Program-made: the position numbers and the translations under genes
The notes under the pieces: generated by a model
What the model was told of the DNA's origin: nothing
Database searches by the model: none
Seen by the model: only the letters and a program-made list of their open reading frames with translations
Source of the DNA: Verrucomicrobiota bacterium
GTDB taxonomy: Bacteria; Verrucomicrobiota; Verrucomicrobiia; Limisphaerales; AAA164-E04
Length of the DNA: 64,000 nucleotides
NCBI GenBank assembly: GCA_047947115.1
Contig: CP170459.1
Location: 1,024,001 to 1,088,000 of the forward strand
Direction of reading: 5' to 3'
Part shown: positions 21,713 through 31,128 of the stretch, one piece after another
How positions within the stretch are numbered: position 1 is the stretch's first letter
Layout: each line of letters opens with the position of its first letter

Positions 21713-24700
21713 ATGTCCTTATGGTTGAAAAGATGGCTCTGTTTGGCGATGGCGGTCGGATCGGCAAGCATCGCAGATAAAGTGACCGCTCAACCCGACT
21801 CGGAATGGCACGAACATGGCATGCACCGATATCGCCTGCTGTCAGTCGAATCATCACCTGCTCACACGGCAGGGTTTATCAACATGCAACCGGAACAAAC
21901 CGGCATCCAGTTTACCAATCTCCTGTCCGTCACCCGTTACATGACCAACCAAACCTTGCTCAACGGTTCCGGTGTCGCGGCGGATGATGTCGACGGCGAC
22001 GGCATGTGTGATCTGTATTTCAACTCCCTGGATGCCCCCAACCAGCTCCTTCGAAATCTGGGAAACTGGCAATTCGAAAACATCGCCGATCAAGCAGGTG
22101 TCGCCTGCCCAGATGCCGATTCCACAGCCTGCGTATTGGCGGACCTGGATGGAGACAACAAACCGGAGCTGCTCGTCAACACCATGTACCGAGGCCTGCG
22201 GCTCTTCCAAAACCTCGGCAATGGCACATTTGAAGAGCGAACGCAGGAAGCCGGTTTGCGCCCCGCCCTTGGTGGCATGACCGTCACCGTGGGGGATTAT
22301 GATATGGACGGCAAACCGGACATCTACGTCTCCCGCTACCGCGCCTCCGCACTCATGGACGTTCCCAACGCCTATGTCGACATCAAAAACGTCGGAGGCA
22401 AACGCATCGTCAGCAAGTTCAACGGACGCCCCACCACTGACCCGGACCTCCAGCACCGATTTTACATCGATGAGCGCGGAGGCATCGGCGAATACGGCGA
22501 ACCCGACACCCTCTACCGCAATCAGGGCAACCTCACCTTCGAACCTGTTGATTGGACAGGCGGGACCTTTCTGGATGAACACGGAAAACCCCTTCCGGAC
22601 ATACCGCGCGACTGGGGGCTGGCTGCCATGTTTCGCGATTTGAATCATGACGGATATCCGGACCTCTATGTGTGCAACGACTTTGACACCCCGGACCGAA
22701 TCTGGATCAACACACGCAAGGGAACATTCAAAGCCCTGCCGTCCCATGCCATTCGTCAGACCAGTTGGTTTGCCATGGGACTGGATGTGGCGGATGTGGA
22801 CCGTGATGGAGACGACGACATCCTGGTGCTCGACATGCTGGCTCGATCCCATCAGACCCGACTGAACCAGCTGGGCGATGTCAAACCCGCCATGCAGCTC
22901 ATCCGTGAAGCGAACCACCGCCCGCAGTTCATGAAAACCACCCTTCAGATGAACCGAGGCGACATGACCTATGCCGAAGTGGGCCAATGGGCGGGCGTGG
23001 CGGCATCCGACTGGGCCTGGGGTGTGGCTTTCCTGGATGTGGATCTGGACGGATACGAAGATCTCCTCATCACAAACGGTCACGAACGAGACGGTCGAAA
23101 CATCGATGTGGCCAACCAACTTAAAGCCATGCGACGGGCTAAAAAAATGAGTGACCGCGAGATCTTCGAGAAACGCATGCTCTTTCCAACCTTCGACACA
23201 CCCAACATAGCCATGCGCAATCAGGGCAAAGGCGCCTTCAAGGAGATCAGCGAACAATGGGGGTTTGATCTGGATGATGTCTCCCATGGCATCTGCCTGG
23301 CGGATCTGGATGGAGACGGAGATCTGGACGTCGCGGTGAACAACCTGAACGCCCCGGCCAGTATCTACCAGAATCGCACCACCGCACCTCGCATCGCCGT
23401 CCGCGCCCACGACATCGGAACCCGACTGGAACTTTCCGATGGCGAGTTCACGCAGAGTCAGGAAATCATTGCCGGAGGAAAATACCTTTCCGATGACCAA
23501 TCCATCCGCACCTTTGCCTGGCCATACAAAAAAAACGCAAACGTCACGCTCTCCATACACTGGCCCGGAGGCCAAAAGGAAACCATACGGGACATCCTCC
23601 CAAACCGTCTTTATGACATCACGCAGCAAGCTATGGAGAACCCTGCCCCGTCAAGAAACGATGCCACTGGAAACACCCCCTTGTTTGCCGATGAGAGTCA
23701 CCTTTTAATCCACCAGCACAGCGACCCGGATTTTGACGACTGGGCACGCCAACCCCTGATCGATGCTTCGCTGGCATATGAAGGTCCGGCGGTGGCATGG
23801 CTGGATCTGAACCATGATGGCTGGGAAGACTTGATCCTGAGCGATGGCCGGGGAGGCAAACCCAATGCATTTCTCAACCAGAAAGGAAAATCCTTCCAAC
23901 CCATCAACAAACCTCCCTTTCACCTCCCAGCTTCAAGAGATCAAGTCAGCCTCGTGGGATGGCATGACGAAGGTGGAAACCTGCGACTACTCGCAGGCTC
24001 ATCCAATTACGAAGACGGCCTGCCTTTGGGTTCGCCCATCCGAGAGTACCGCTTAAGCGACGGAAAAACACTGGACACCTTCCCGGGGCAACCCGACTCG
24101 ATCGGCCCGATGACCCTGGGCGATGTGGATCGGGATGGTGATTTGGACCTCTTTGCAGGTTCCCGCGCTTTGCCGGGGAAATTTCCAAAATCCCCCGCTT
24201 CGTTCCTTTTTCTGAATGAAGAAGGATCGTTCAATTTGGACAAAGAAAGATCCGTATTGTTTCAGCAGTTGGGAATGGTCCGGAGCGCCTGCTGGTTTGA
24301 TGAAGACAGGGACGGGTATCCTGAACTATTGATCGCACGTGACTGGAATTCCCTGGTGTTTTTCAAGAACAACCAGGGCCAACTGGTGGATGAAACAAGC
24401 AAGCGTGGACTGGCCCACCTGAAGGGTTGGTGGAGCGGACTGGCGCTGGGCGATTTCAACAACGACGGTCACATCGACTTCGTGGCTGGAAACCGAGGCA
24501 TGAACGGACCCCATCAGGAACACCTGCATCATCCGGTCAGGCTTTACCATGGTGACTTCGATCAAAATCAGGCGCACGACATCATCCGGACTCACTTTGA
24601 ACCAACGTTGAATGATGACGCGCCGGATCAACAACTGGGCATGCTCGCCCGAGGCATCCCCACTCTGGTCTCCCATTACAGATCCTATCAGGCATTCAGC

Positions 24701-25405
24701 CGACAAACCGTGTCCAAGGTCCTGGCATCTTTAAGGGCAAAAGCGGACATGCTGGAGGTCAACACCTCCCAAACCATGGTCTTTCTCAACAACCAGGGGC
24801 AGTTTGAAGCGCATCCACTCCCATCCGAAGCTCAATGGGCGCCAGTCTTTGGCGTTGCGAGTGGTGATTTCGATGGGGACGGAAATTTGGATGTCTTTCT
24901 GACTCAAAACAATTTCCAGTGGGACGCCATGACACCCCGCATGGATGCCGGTCTGGGACTCGTATGCTTGGGAACCGGGGCAGGAACCTTCAAGTCCCTG
25001 TCACCCATCGGGAGCGGTGTACGGATCCTTGGGGAACAAAGAGGAACATCCGTTTCGGATTGGAACGGAGATGGACGCCTGGATCTGGTGGTAGGACAGA
25101 ATCGTGGTTCAACCGTATTATTGACCAATCGAGAAGCCACTCCCGGAATACGAGTCCAACTCATGGGTTCCCCGGCGAACCCGGGCGCCATCGGAGCCCA
25201 GATCCGCGGCATCCAGACAAATAACAACCATGGACCGTGGCATTACGTGACCGCAGGCAGCAGTTGTGGCTCACAAATGGGCATGATTCAGGTGATCGGT
25301 CAGGCACGCCAAACAGGCCAAGTGGAGGTTGGCTGGCCCGATGGATCCATCAGCCGGCACAAAATTTCTGATCCGGACAAGTTACAAATCATCCACAAAC
25401 CTTGA
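21713..25405 (+). CDS. Secreted FG-GAP/VCBS-repeat ASPIC/UnbV (CRTAC1-like) protein
   Basis: Many D.D.DG..DL repeats, NPGAIGA, signal peptide; start inferred. Confidence 0.9.
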   Translation: MSLWLKRWLCLAMAVGSASIADKVTAQPDSEWHEHGMHRYRLLSVESSPAHTAGFINMQPEQTGIQFTNLLSVTRYMTNQTLLNGSGVAADDVDGDGMCDLYFNSLDAPNQLLRNLGNWQFENIADQAGVACPDADSTACVLADLDGDNKPELLVNTMYRGLRLFQNLGNGTFEERTQEAGLRPALGGMTVTVGDYDMDGKPDIYVSRYRASALMDVPNAYVDIKNVGGKRIVSKFNGRPTTDPDLQHRFYIDERGGIGEYGEPDTLYRNQGNLTFEPVDWTGGTFLDEHGKPLPDIPRDWGLAAMFRDLNHDGYPDLYVCNDFDTPDRIWINTRKGTFKALPSHAIRQTSWFAMGLDVADVDRDGDDDILVLDMLARSHQTRLNQLGDVKPAMQLIREANHRPQFMKTTLQMNRGDMTYAEVGQWAGVAASDWAWGVAFLDVDLDGYEDLLITNGHERDGRNIDVANQLKAMRRAKKMSDREIFEKRMLFPTFDTPNIAMRNQGKGAFKEISEQWGFDLDDVSHGICLADLDGDGDLDVAVNNLNAPASIYQNRTTAPRIAVRAHDIGTRLELSDGEFTQSQEIIAGGKYLSDDQSIRTFAWPYKKNANVTLSIHWPGGQKETIRDILPNRLYDITQQAMENPAPSRNDATGNTPLFADESHLLIHQHSDPDFDDWARQPLIDASLAYEGPAVAWLDLNHDGWEDLILSDGRGGKPNAFLNQKGKSFQPINKPPFHLPASRDQVSLVGWHDEGGNLRLLAGSSNYEDGLPLGSPIREYRLSDGKTLDTFPGQPDSIGPMTLGDVDRDGDLDLFAGSRALPGKFPKSPASFLFLNEEGSFNLDKERSVLFQQLGMVRSACWFDEDRDGYPELLIARDWNSLVFFKNNQGQLVDETSKRGLAHLKGWWSGLALGDFNNDGHIDFVAGNRGMNGPHQEHLHHPVRLYHGDFDQNQAHDIIRTHFEPTLNDDAPDQQLGMLARGIPTLVSHYRSYQAFSRQTVSKVLASLRAKADMLEVNTSQTMVFLNNQGQFEAHPLPSEAQWAPVFGVASGDFDGDGNLDVFLTQNNFQWDAMTPRMDAGLGLVCLGTGAGTFKSLSPIGSGVRILGEQRGTSVSDWNGDGRLDLVVGQNRGSTVLLTNREATPGIRVQLMGSPANPGAIGAQIRGIQTNNNHGPWHYVTAGSSCGSQMGMIQVIGQARQTGQVEVGWPDGSISRHKISDPDKLQIIHKP

Positions 25406-25695
25406 TGTTGCCAAACCGGTGATTTGACACAAACACTCAGGATGCACCAAACAAGCCAACATGTACACAATTAACTACTAACCAATCTGTTGCAAACCAT
25501 TTAGCATTCAAACATTTTGGATCAAGCTCTGTTTCCTTGCCACATACGTCCCCTTTTCTGCTCAGCCAGAGTGATGGCGGAAACGTGAAAGTAAAAAAAA
25601 TTTGTTTGCCCGAAAGCCAGGAAATGTAAGATGTTCGTCGCTTTCCTTGACCTCTTTGTCATGGGAAATCCTTGGACCCAAGTACAACAAAAAAC

Positions 25696-26814
25696 ATGCA
25701 AGCTGTCGGAGCCATACCAAAAAAGAAGGAAGTCGCTATCATCGACCATCCGAAACCCGTTTTGAGTTCGGACAACGAGGTGATCGTCAAAAGCATCGAT
25801 GTGGGCATCTGCGGCACCGACCGCGAAATTTGCACCTTCGTTTATGGCGACCCGCCCAAAGACTCCGACTACCTGGTGCTGGGGCATGAATGCCTGGGCA
25901 TCGTTCAGGAGGTCGGCTCGGCAGTGGAGAATTTCCTGCCGGGTGATCTGGTGGTTCCATCCGTGCGACGGCCATGCACGCACAACCATTGTGCTCCCTG
26001 CAAGGATGATATGCAGGACTTCTGTTCGACCGGAGACTTTGTCGAGCGCGGCATCAAGATGCGCCATGGCTACATGACAGAATATTGGGCCGAAGAAGAA
26101 AAATATCTCAATTACGTGCCGGTCAACCTCAAGGACGTGGCCGTTCTGGTGGAACCTTTGACCATTGTGGAAAAAGCCATGGCCCAAGTCTGGCCCACCC
26201 AATGCCGCCTGCCTTGGGCAAAAGACAAGGACGCCAAAAGTCGCCCTAACGGGAAAGGCCTCAATGCCGTCGTTCTGGGAGCCGGCCCGGTCGGTATCCT
26301 GGGTGCCATGAAATTGAAAGCCGAAGGATTCAACACCTTCGTCTACTCCCGCAGCAAGGCACCCAACCCGAAAGCCGAATTGGTGGAGTCCTTCGGTGTG
26401 CCTTACATTTCAGCCCAGGAAACATCCCTGGAAGAACTGGCGGAACGAGTCGGCAATATCGATCTGGTCTATGAAGCCGTGGGAGTTGCAAGCATTTCCT
26501 ACAAAGTGCTGAGCATTCTGGGATTGAACGGGATTTACGTGTTCACGGGCATACCCGCCCCCAAACCAGCCATTGAAGTGGACGCCGACCTCATCATGCG
26601 AAATTTGGTACTTAAAAATCAGGTCGTGATCGGAACCGTCAATGCCGATCAGGGAGCATTCATCTCTGCCATCAAGGATCTCGGAGTCTTCATGGAACGT
26701 TGGCCCGAAGCACTTAAACGCATCATCACCAGTCGGTTTGGAGCACAAGACAGCCGTTCCCTGCTCCTCGACAAAGCGACGGGTATCAAAAACGTGATCA
26801 GCTTCGACCATTAA
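25696..26814 (+). CDS. Zn-dependent glucose 1-dehydrogenase family protein (MDR superfamily)
   Basis: VGICGTDREI, LGHE, VRRPC, ERGI, LVEPL, LGAGPVG, GTVNA. Confidence 0.88.
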   Translation: MQAVGAIPKKKEVAIIDHPKPVLSSDNEVIVKSIDVGICGTDREICTFVYGDPPKDSDYLVLGHECLGIVQEVGSAVENFLPGDLVVPSVRRPCTHNHCAPCKDDMQDFCSTGDFVERGIKMRHGYMTEYWAEEEKYLNYVPVNLKDVAVLVEPLTIVEKAMAQVWPTQCRLPWAKDKDAKSRPNGKGLNAVVLGAGPVGILGAMKLKAEGFNTFVYSRSKAPNPKAELVESFGVPYISAQETSLEELAERVGNIDLVYEAVGVASISYKVLSILGLNGIYVFTGIPAPKPAIEVDADLIMRNLVLKNQVVIGTVNADQGAFISAIKDLGVFMERWPEALKRIITSRFGAQDSRSLLLDKATGIKNVISFDH

Positions 26815-26986
26815 TCGCCTTTCAAGAACCCGCAAAGCCGCGAGAGATTCTTCGAAGAACGACAATTCCTTTTTGACACTGGCGCGTCAACTTGGCATGT
26901 TGCCGAGCTGTTGACGCGACCTTTATCAACCCACGGGCGGACTGTCAAATCAGTTGCGAGCCTGAAAAAGAAGTGAATTGAATTTT

Positions 26987-28276
26987 ATGGAAAATACCGA
27001 AGCATCAAACGCATTGACCGGGAACCTGCTGGTGGCACAATCCGGCGGCCCAACCGTCGTCATCAATTCCAGCGTGGCCGGCGTCATTACAGAAGCAGGC
27101 AAACATGGCGAAATCGAAGAGATTTATGGTGGATTGAACGGCATCTACGGCATCCTCAACGAAGAACTCATTGACATCAACGAGGAGAAAGCCAAAACCA
27201 TCGAAGAGTTGAAACACACTCCGGCAGCAGCACTGGGCACCTGCCGCTACAAGATCAATTTCAAAAACGATCCCGAACAAGCCGCCCGAGACATGGACCG
27301 CCTGTTTCAGGTCTTTGAGGCACACAATATCCGTTTCTTCTTTTATGCCGGTGGCAATGATTCACAAGATACCTCGCACAAGATTCACGAAGAAGCCGTC
27401 AAACGCGGTTACGCCATGCGCGTGATTGGAGTTCCCAAAACCATCGACAACGATCTCCCACACACCGACCACTGCCCTGGATATGGTTCCGTGGTCAAAT
27501 ACAATGCCACAACCGTGATGGAAGTCGGCGCCGACGTGGGTAGCATGGCCACCGATGACGGCTCCTGCTGTATCATTGAAGTCATGGGCCGAGCCGCAGG
27601 TTGGATCGCAGCCGGAACGGTAGCCGCCAAGCGCGACGATGACGATCCCCCCCACATCATCCTGTTACCCGAAATTCGCCTCGACGAAGAAGCCTTTCTC
27701 AAAAAAGTCCAGGAAACAGTCGACCGCCTGAACTACTGCATCGTGGTCACGGGCGAAGGTGTCAAAAACGCAGCCGGCGAAGAGATCGGAGCTGACAAAT
27801 CACGCCTCGACGCATTCGGTCACGCAGTGCTTTCTGGAGCCGCTGATGCTTTGAAGGAAATGGTACAGGGCAAACTGAATCTCAAAACCCGTACCGTCAA
27901 ACTCGGCTACGCCCAACGCGCCGCCGCTCACTACGCCAGCGCCACCGACGTGGAAGAGGCCTTCGCATGCGGCGTGGCAGCGGTCAAAGCAGCCTTGGAA
28001 GGCAAGAGCGGTCAGATGGTGAAACTCGTTCGCCTGAACAACGAGCCTTACCAATGGGGCACCGCACTCCAACCGCTGGAAGACATCGCCAACGTGGAAC
28101 ACTTGATTCCCCGCGCCTGGATCTCCGTGGATGGTTTCATGCCGAACGACAACTTTGTGAAGTATATCACCCCGCTCATTCAGGGCGAAAACCCCGTTCC
28201 AACCGAGAACGGACTTCCCAAGTTCGCCAAATTGGTCAAAGAAAAAGTGGAGAAACAACTCCCCCTCCGCGACTGA
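26987..28276 (+). CDS. 6-phosphofructokinase, probably PPi-dependent
   Basis: QSGGPT, GGNDS (Asp at the phosphoryl-donor site), PKTIDND, EVMGRAAGW. Confidence 0.9.
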   Translation: MENTEASNALTGNLLVAQSGGPTVVINSSVAGVITEAGKHGEIEEIYGGLNGIYGILNEELIDINEEKAKTIEELKHTPAAALGTCRYKINFKNDPEQAARDMDRLFQVFEAHNIRFFFYAGGNDSQDTSHKIHEEAVKRGYAMRVIGVPKTIDNDLPHTDHCPGYGSVVKYNATTVMEVGADVGSMATDDGSCCIIEVMGRAAGWIAAGTVAAKRDDDDPPHIILLPEIRLDEEAFLKKVQETVDRLNYCIVVTGEGVKNAAGEEIGADKSRLDAFGHAVLSGAADALKEMVQGKLNLKTRTVKLGYAQRAAAHYASATDVEEAFACGVAAVKAALEGKSGQMVKLVRLNNEPYQWGTALQPLEDIANVEHLIPRAWISVDGFMPNDNFVKYITPLIQGENPVPTENGLPKFAKLVKEKVEKQLPLRD

Positions 28277-28301
28277 TACGGAAGTAAAAAGTCTTTCCCA
28301 C

Positions 28302-28334
28302 AACCCCGTGCACCTCGAGTGCATGGGGTTTTTT
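28302..28334 (+). terminator. Rho-independent terminator
   Basis: AACCCCGTGCAC-CTCGA-GTGCATGGGGTT followed by a T run. Confidence 0.85.
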
Positions 28335-28354
28335 GTTCTTTAATAACAAAAACA

Positions 28355-28914
28355 GGTAGATCGCACCAGCTTGTCACGCGCCTCAGGGAAACCTATAGGT
28401 AGAACGTGTCATCCCCGACGCGTCACCTTATGGTTTCCTTCCCTTGCTTTTCACTTTTCAAAGGAGAATCCGATGGTATCCAAAAACCAACTCAAAAAGG
28501 GTAGCCTACAGTTTTTGAAACCTTATAGGTAGAGCGTGTCGTCCCCGACGCGCAAGCCTTGTGACATCCGTTCTCTCAATTCACCTATCAAAGGAAAACC
28601 CCTGATCACCCAACACCCACATCGCTGCTTTCAATCAGACGACGGCCATGCTTTCTACGGTGGATCATAGATCGCTCTTGGTTACCCTGTGTAAGGTTGG
28701 AGGAAATTCATGACAACAAGGGCGGACCGGGATCCATGCAGTCGCGGGACAAGCTGGTCCGATCTGCCCTATGGCAATCGTAGATACTGTTCTCGGTGCG
28801 CCAGCAAGCGACAGTGTTGCGATTGTAGGGAGTTGTGTGATCTTGGGTTTTCCTTTGGTCAGCAAAATGCGAATAAGCACACCACAAGGACGGACCGGGA
28901 CGGTCCGATCTACC
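28355..28914. repeat. Cluster of GGTAG REP hairpins; the last one supplies the uppP stop
   Basis: Units at 28355, 28398 and 28528 (+) and 28891-28914 (-); 28398 and 28528 are near-identical direct repeats. Confidence 0.75.
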
Positions 28915-29716
28915 GCAAAAATATAATCCCCAATAGAATCCCCCCAACCGCAATCCGATAATAACCAAACTTGTTGAACGAATTCGACTGCACATACCGC
29001 AGCAACCATTTCACGGCGATAAATGACACAAACCCCGACACCACAAACCCCAGAGCCACCATCCCCCAATCCTCTGGAGGCGCACCCTCGACCGGTTCAG
29101 TCACCGCTTTCAAAATCTTATATCCGCCCGCGGCCAGCATCGTGGGAATCCCCACCAAGAAACTATACTCCGTCGCCATCGACCGACTCAACCCCATCAT
29201 CAAAGCCACCAGAATGGTCGTGCCTGAACGCGAAGCCCCCGGGAAAACCGCCGCCACCAACTGACCCAACCCCACCGCAATCGCAATCTTCCAGGTAATC
29301 GTCTCCGAAACAGGTTTGCCCTGCACCCACTTTTCCACCCAGAGAAACAGAATCCCGCCGATCAACAAAGCCAAAGCAATCGGCATGGGCTCATCCGGCA
29401 AAGTGAATCTATTCTTCTCCAAAGCCAAACCACCCACACCGGTTATAAAGAACGCGAGAGCGATTTGACTGATAAAAACCTGGGCATCCTTTTCACGCCA
29501 TTGACGCACCACGTACAGAATACGCTCCTTGAACAAAGGAATCACCGCCAGCACCGCGCCGGACTGGATCACGATATTAAACAAATCCGACCGCGGCTCG
29601 ATCCATCGACCGAACATCTGCTGAATCAACAGGAGATGCCCAGTAGAAGAAACCGGCAAAAATTCCGTAATCCCCTCCACCACACCCAAAATCAAAATGT
29701 CCAACCACTCTGGCAT
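28910..29716 (-). CDS. uppP: Undecaprenyl-diphosphate phosphatase (BacA)
   Basis: GVVEGITEFLPVSSTGH and PGASRSGTTI motifs. Confidence 0.96.
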   Translation of the reverse strand: MPEWLDILILGVVEGITEFLPVSSTGHLLLIQQMFGRWIEPRSDLFNIVIQSGAVLAVIPLFKERILYVVRQWREKDAQVFISQIALAFFITGVGGLALEKNRFTLPDEPMPIALALLIGGILFLWVEKWVQGKPVSETITWKIAIAVGLGQLVAAVFPGASRSGTTILVALMMGLSRSMATEYSFLVGIPTMLAAGGYKILKAVTEPVEGAPPEDWGMVALGFVVSGFVSFIAVKWLLRYVQSNSFNKFGYYRIAVGGILLGIIFLR

Positions 29717-29917
29717 CCGGCTATTCAGCGGAAATCCTCCTCAGAAACAAGCGTAAAGGTCCAAATAAGTAAAAACCAACTGCCATGATCACTTCCCCTT
29801 ATAACCTTCACACAACACCAACATTTCAATTTTCAAGAAATGTGAGTCCCCATAAAATCATCCCGTAAATCCTGTGTATCCTGTCAAAAAAAACACCCAT
29901 CCCAAATCTTCCGAAAA

Positions 29918-30355
29918 CTAAGTTGGCGATTTCCACTTTAATGAGGAAAAACGCGCAAAATCGCGATCTAGCGAAACCCACTCACACCCGTTTTCAATGA
30001 CAACCGCAGCAAGCCACGCATCAGGTATCAGGTTTCCCCGTGCATCTCCTTCCTCACACAATGCCCGAAAAATGTCCCAGTGACGCACCCCAGGCCCAAT
30101 CCATTGGCTCATCTCTGAATCAATCAAGACCTGACAAAATGCCATAGCCTCCGACCTTAAACTGGGATGTTTGAACAACCTTGGATGCGTAACGATTCTC
30201 AGAAATCCGGACATGACATTTGGAATAAGCGCAAACTGGGAAGAGGCATTCAACTGCCGCTCTATCCATTTCCTACACAGAAGGTGATCTTCCGCATCAG
30301 ACCGAAACGCATTCACGAGTATGTTGACGTCAGGTGTCTCCATGCCATGAATCAA
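29918..30355 (-). CDS. PIN-domain VapC toxin
   Basis: DVNILV, FLRIVTHPR, GNLIPDAWLAA, SLDRDFARF. Confidence 0.92.
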   Translation of the reverse strand: MIHGMETPDVNILVNAFRSDAEDHLLCRKWIERQLNASSQFALIPNVMSGFLRIVTHPRLFKHPSLRSEAMAFCQVLIDSEMSQWIGPGVRHWDIFRALCEEGDARGNLIPDAWLAAVVIENGCEWVSLDRDFARFSSLKWKSPT

Positions 30356-30597
30356 GCGTTCATTCGATCTTCCAAATCCGAAGCATCATTCAGATTCACA
30401 CCCGAAAGCACCCCACCACTTTGCGAACAAACAGGAAGTTTGACGGGCGTTTTTTGTCGAGAAGCCTGCTGCTCACGACGCAACAGAATCAAACGTAAAC
30501 CCTCCTCAATAAGAGCCTTCAGAGTCGTCGACTCCTTGACAGCCATCGCTTTGCTCATCTTCAACAAAGCATCATCCAGCTCAACAGTCGTTTTCAT
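30352..30597 (-). CDS. VapB-type antitoxin (ribbon-helix-helix)
   Basis: MKTTVELDDALL...LIEEGLR. Confidence 0.88.
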   Translation of the reverse strand: MKTTVELDDALLKMSKAMAVKESTTLKALIEEGLRLILLRREQQASRQKTPVKLPVCSQSGGVLSGVNLNDASDLEDRMNA

Positions 30598-30630
30598 ACA
30601 TAAATGCATATTGGTTATATGGGTTTATGT
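30598..30630. promoter_or_regulatory. Putative VapB operator
   Basis: ACATAAATGCATAT...ATATGGGTTTATGT imperfect inverted repeat abutting the start codon. Confidence 0.55.
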
Positions 30631-31128
30631 CAATCATGGTCGCAACGGCATCAATAGTTGGTTACGACCCCCAATGGTCTTACCCGCCGGGAAACCGAAA
30701 AATCAATGCCATCGCCCACACAGTTGCCCGCTCTGGACTGCGCGTGATTTGGCACCGCTTTGGATACGGTCCACACAACTAAAAGACAAACTTCATTCCC
30801 AAACGTCAACCCACACCCCATCGCCATACACAATCTCACGCCGACTGCCAGGGCGTTGGGCAAAGCAAAATTGTTGGACATTATGGATCCGCTTACGTTT
30901 CCCTAAAAATATTCCAGCGAGGTGTCGTGACCAACACCGCCCAGGGCATCCACCGAAATAGACATGGGTGACATTCTATGATATGTCGTGGCTTGGTGAC
31001 TTCGTGTGAAATCAAATCCCCCAATCAGCGCCCTAATTCAAAAAACCTCTATTTAGTTCAGGACTATTTGAAGCGCTCCCATCCCTTTTCAGATTGAAAA
31101 TCTGAGGGAAACTTGGTGAGCTGATGCC

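Noticed and set aside
21854..23629. 591-aa antisense ORF, and similar long shadow ORFs opposite uvrA, the M16 protease and the Gfo/Idh/MocA gene
   Set aside because: They mirror the reading frame of well-supported genes, which is expected from codon bias; no motifs
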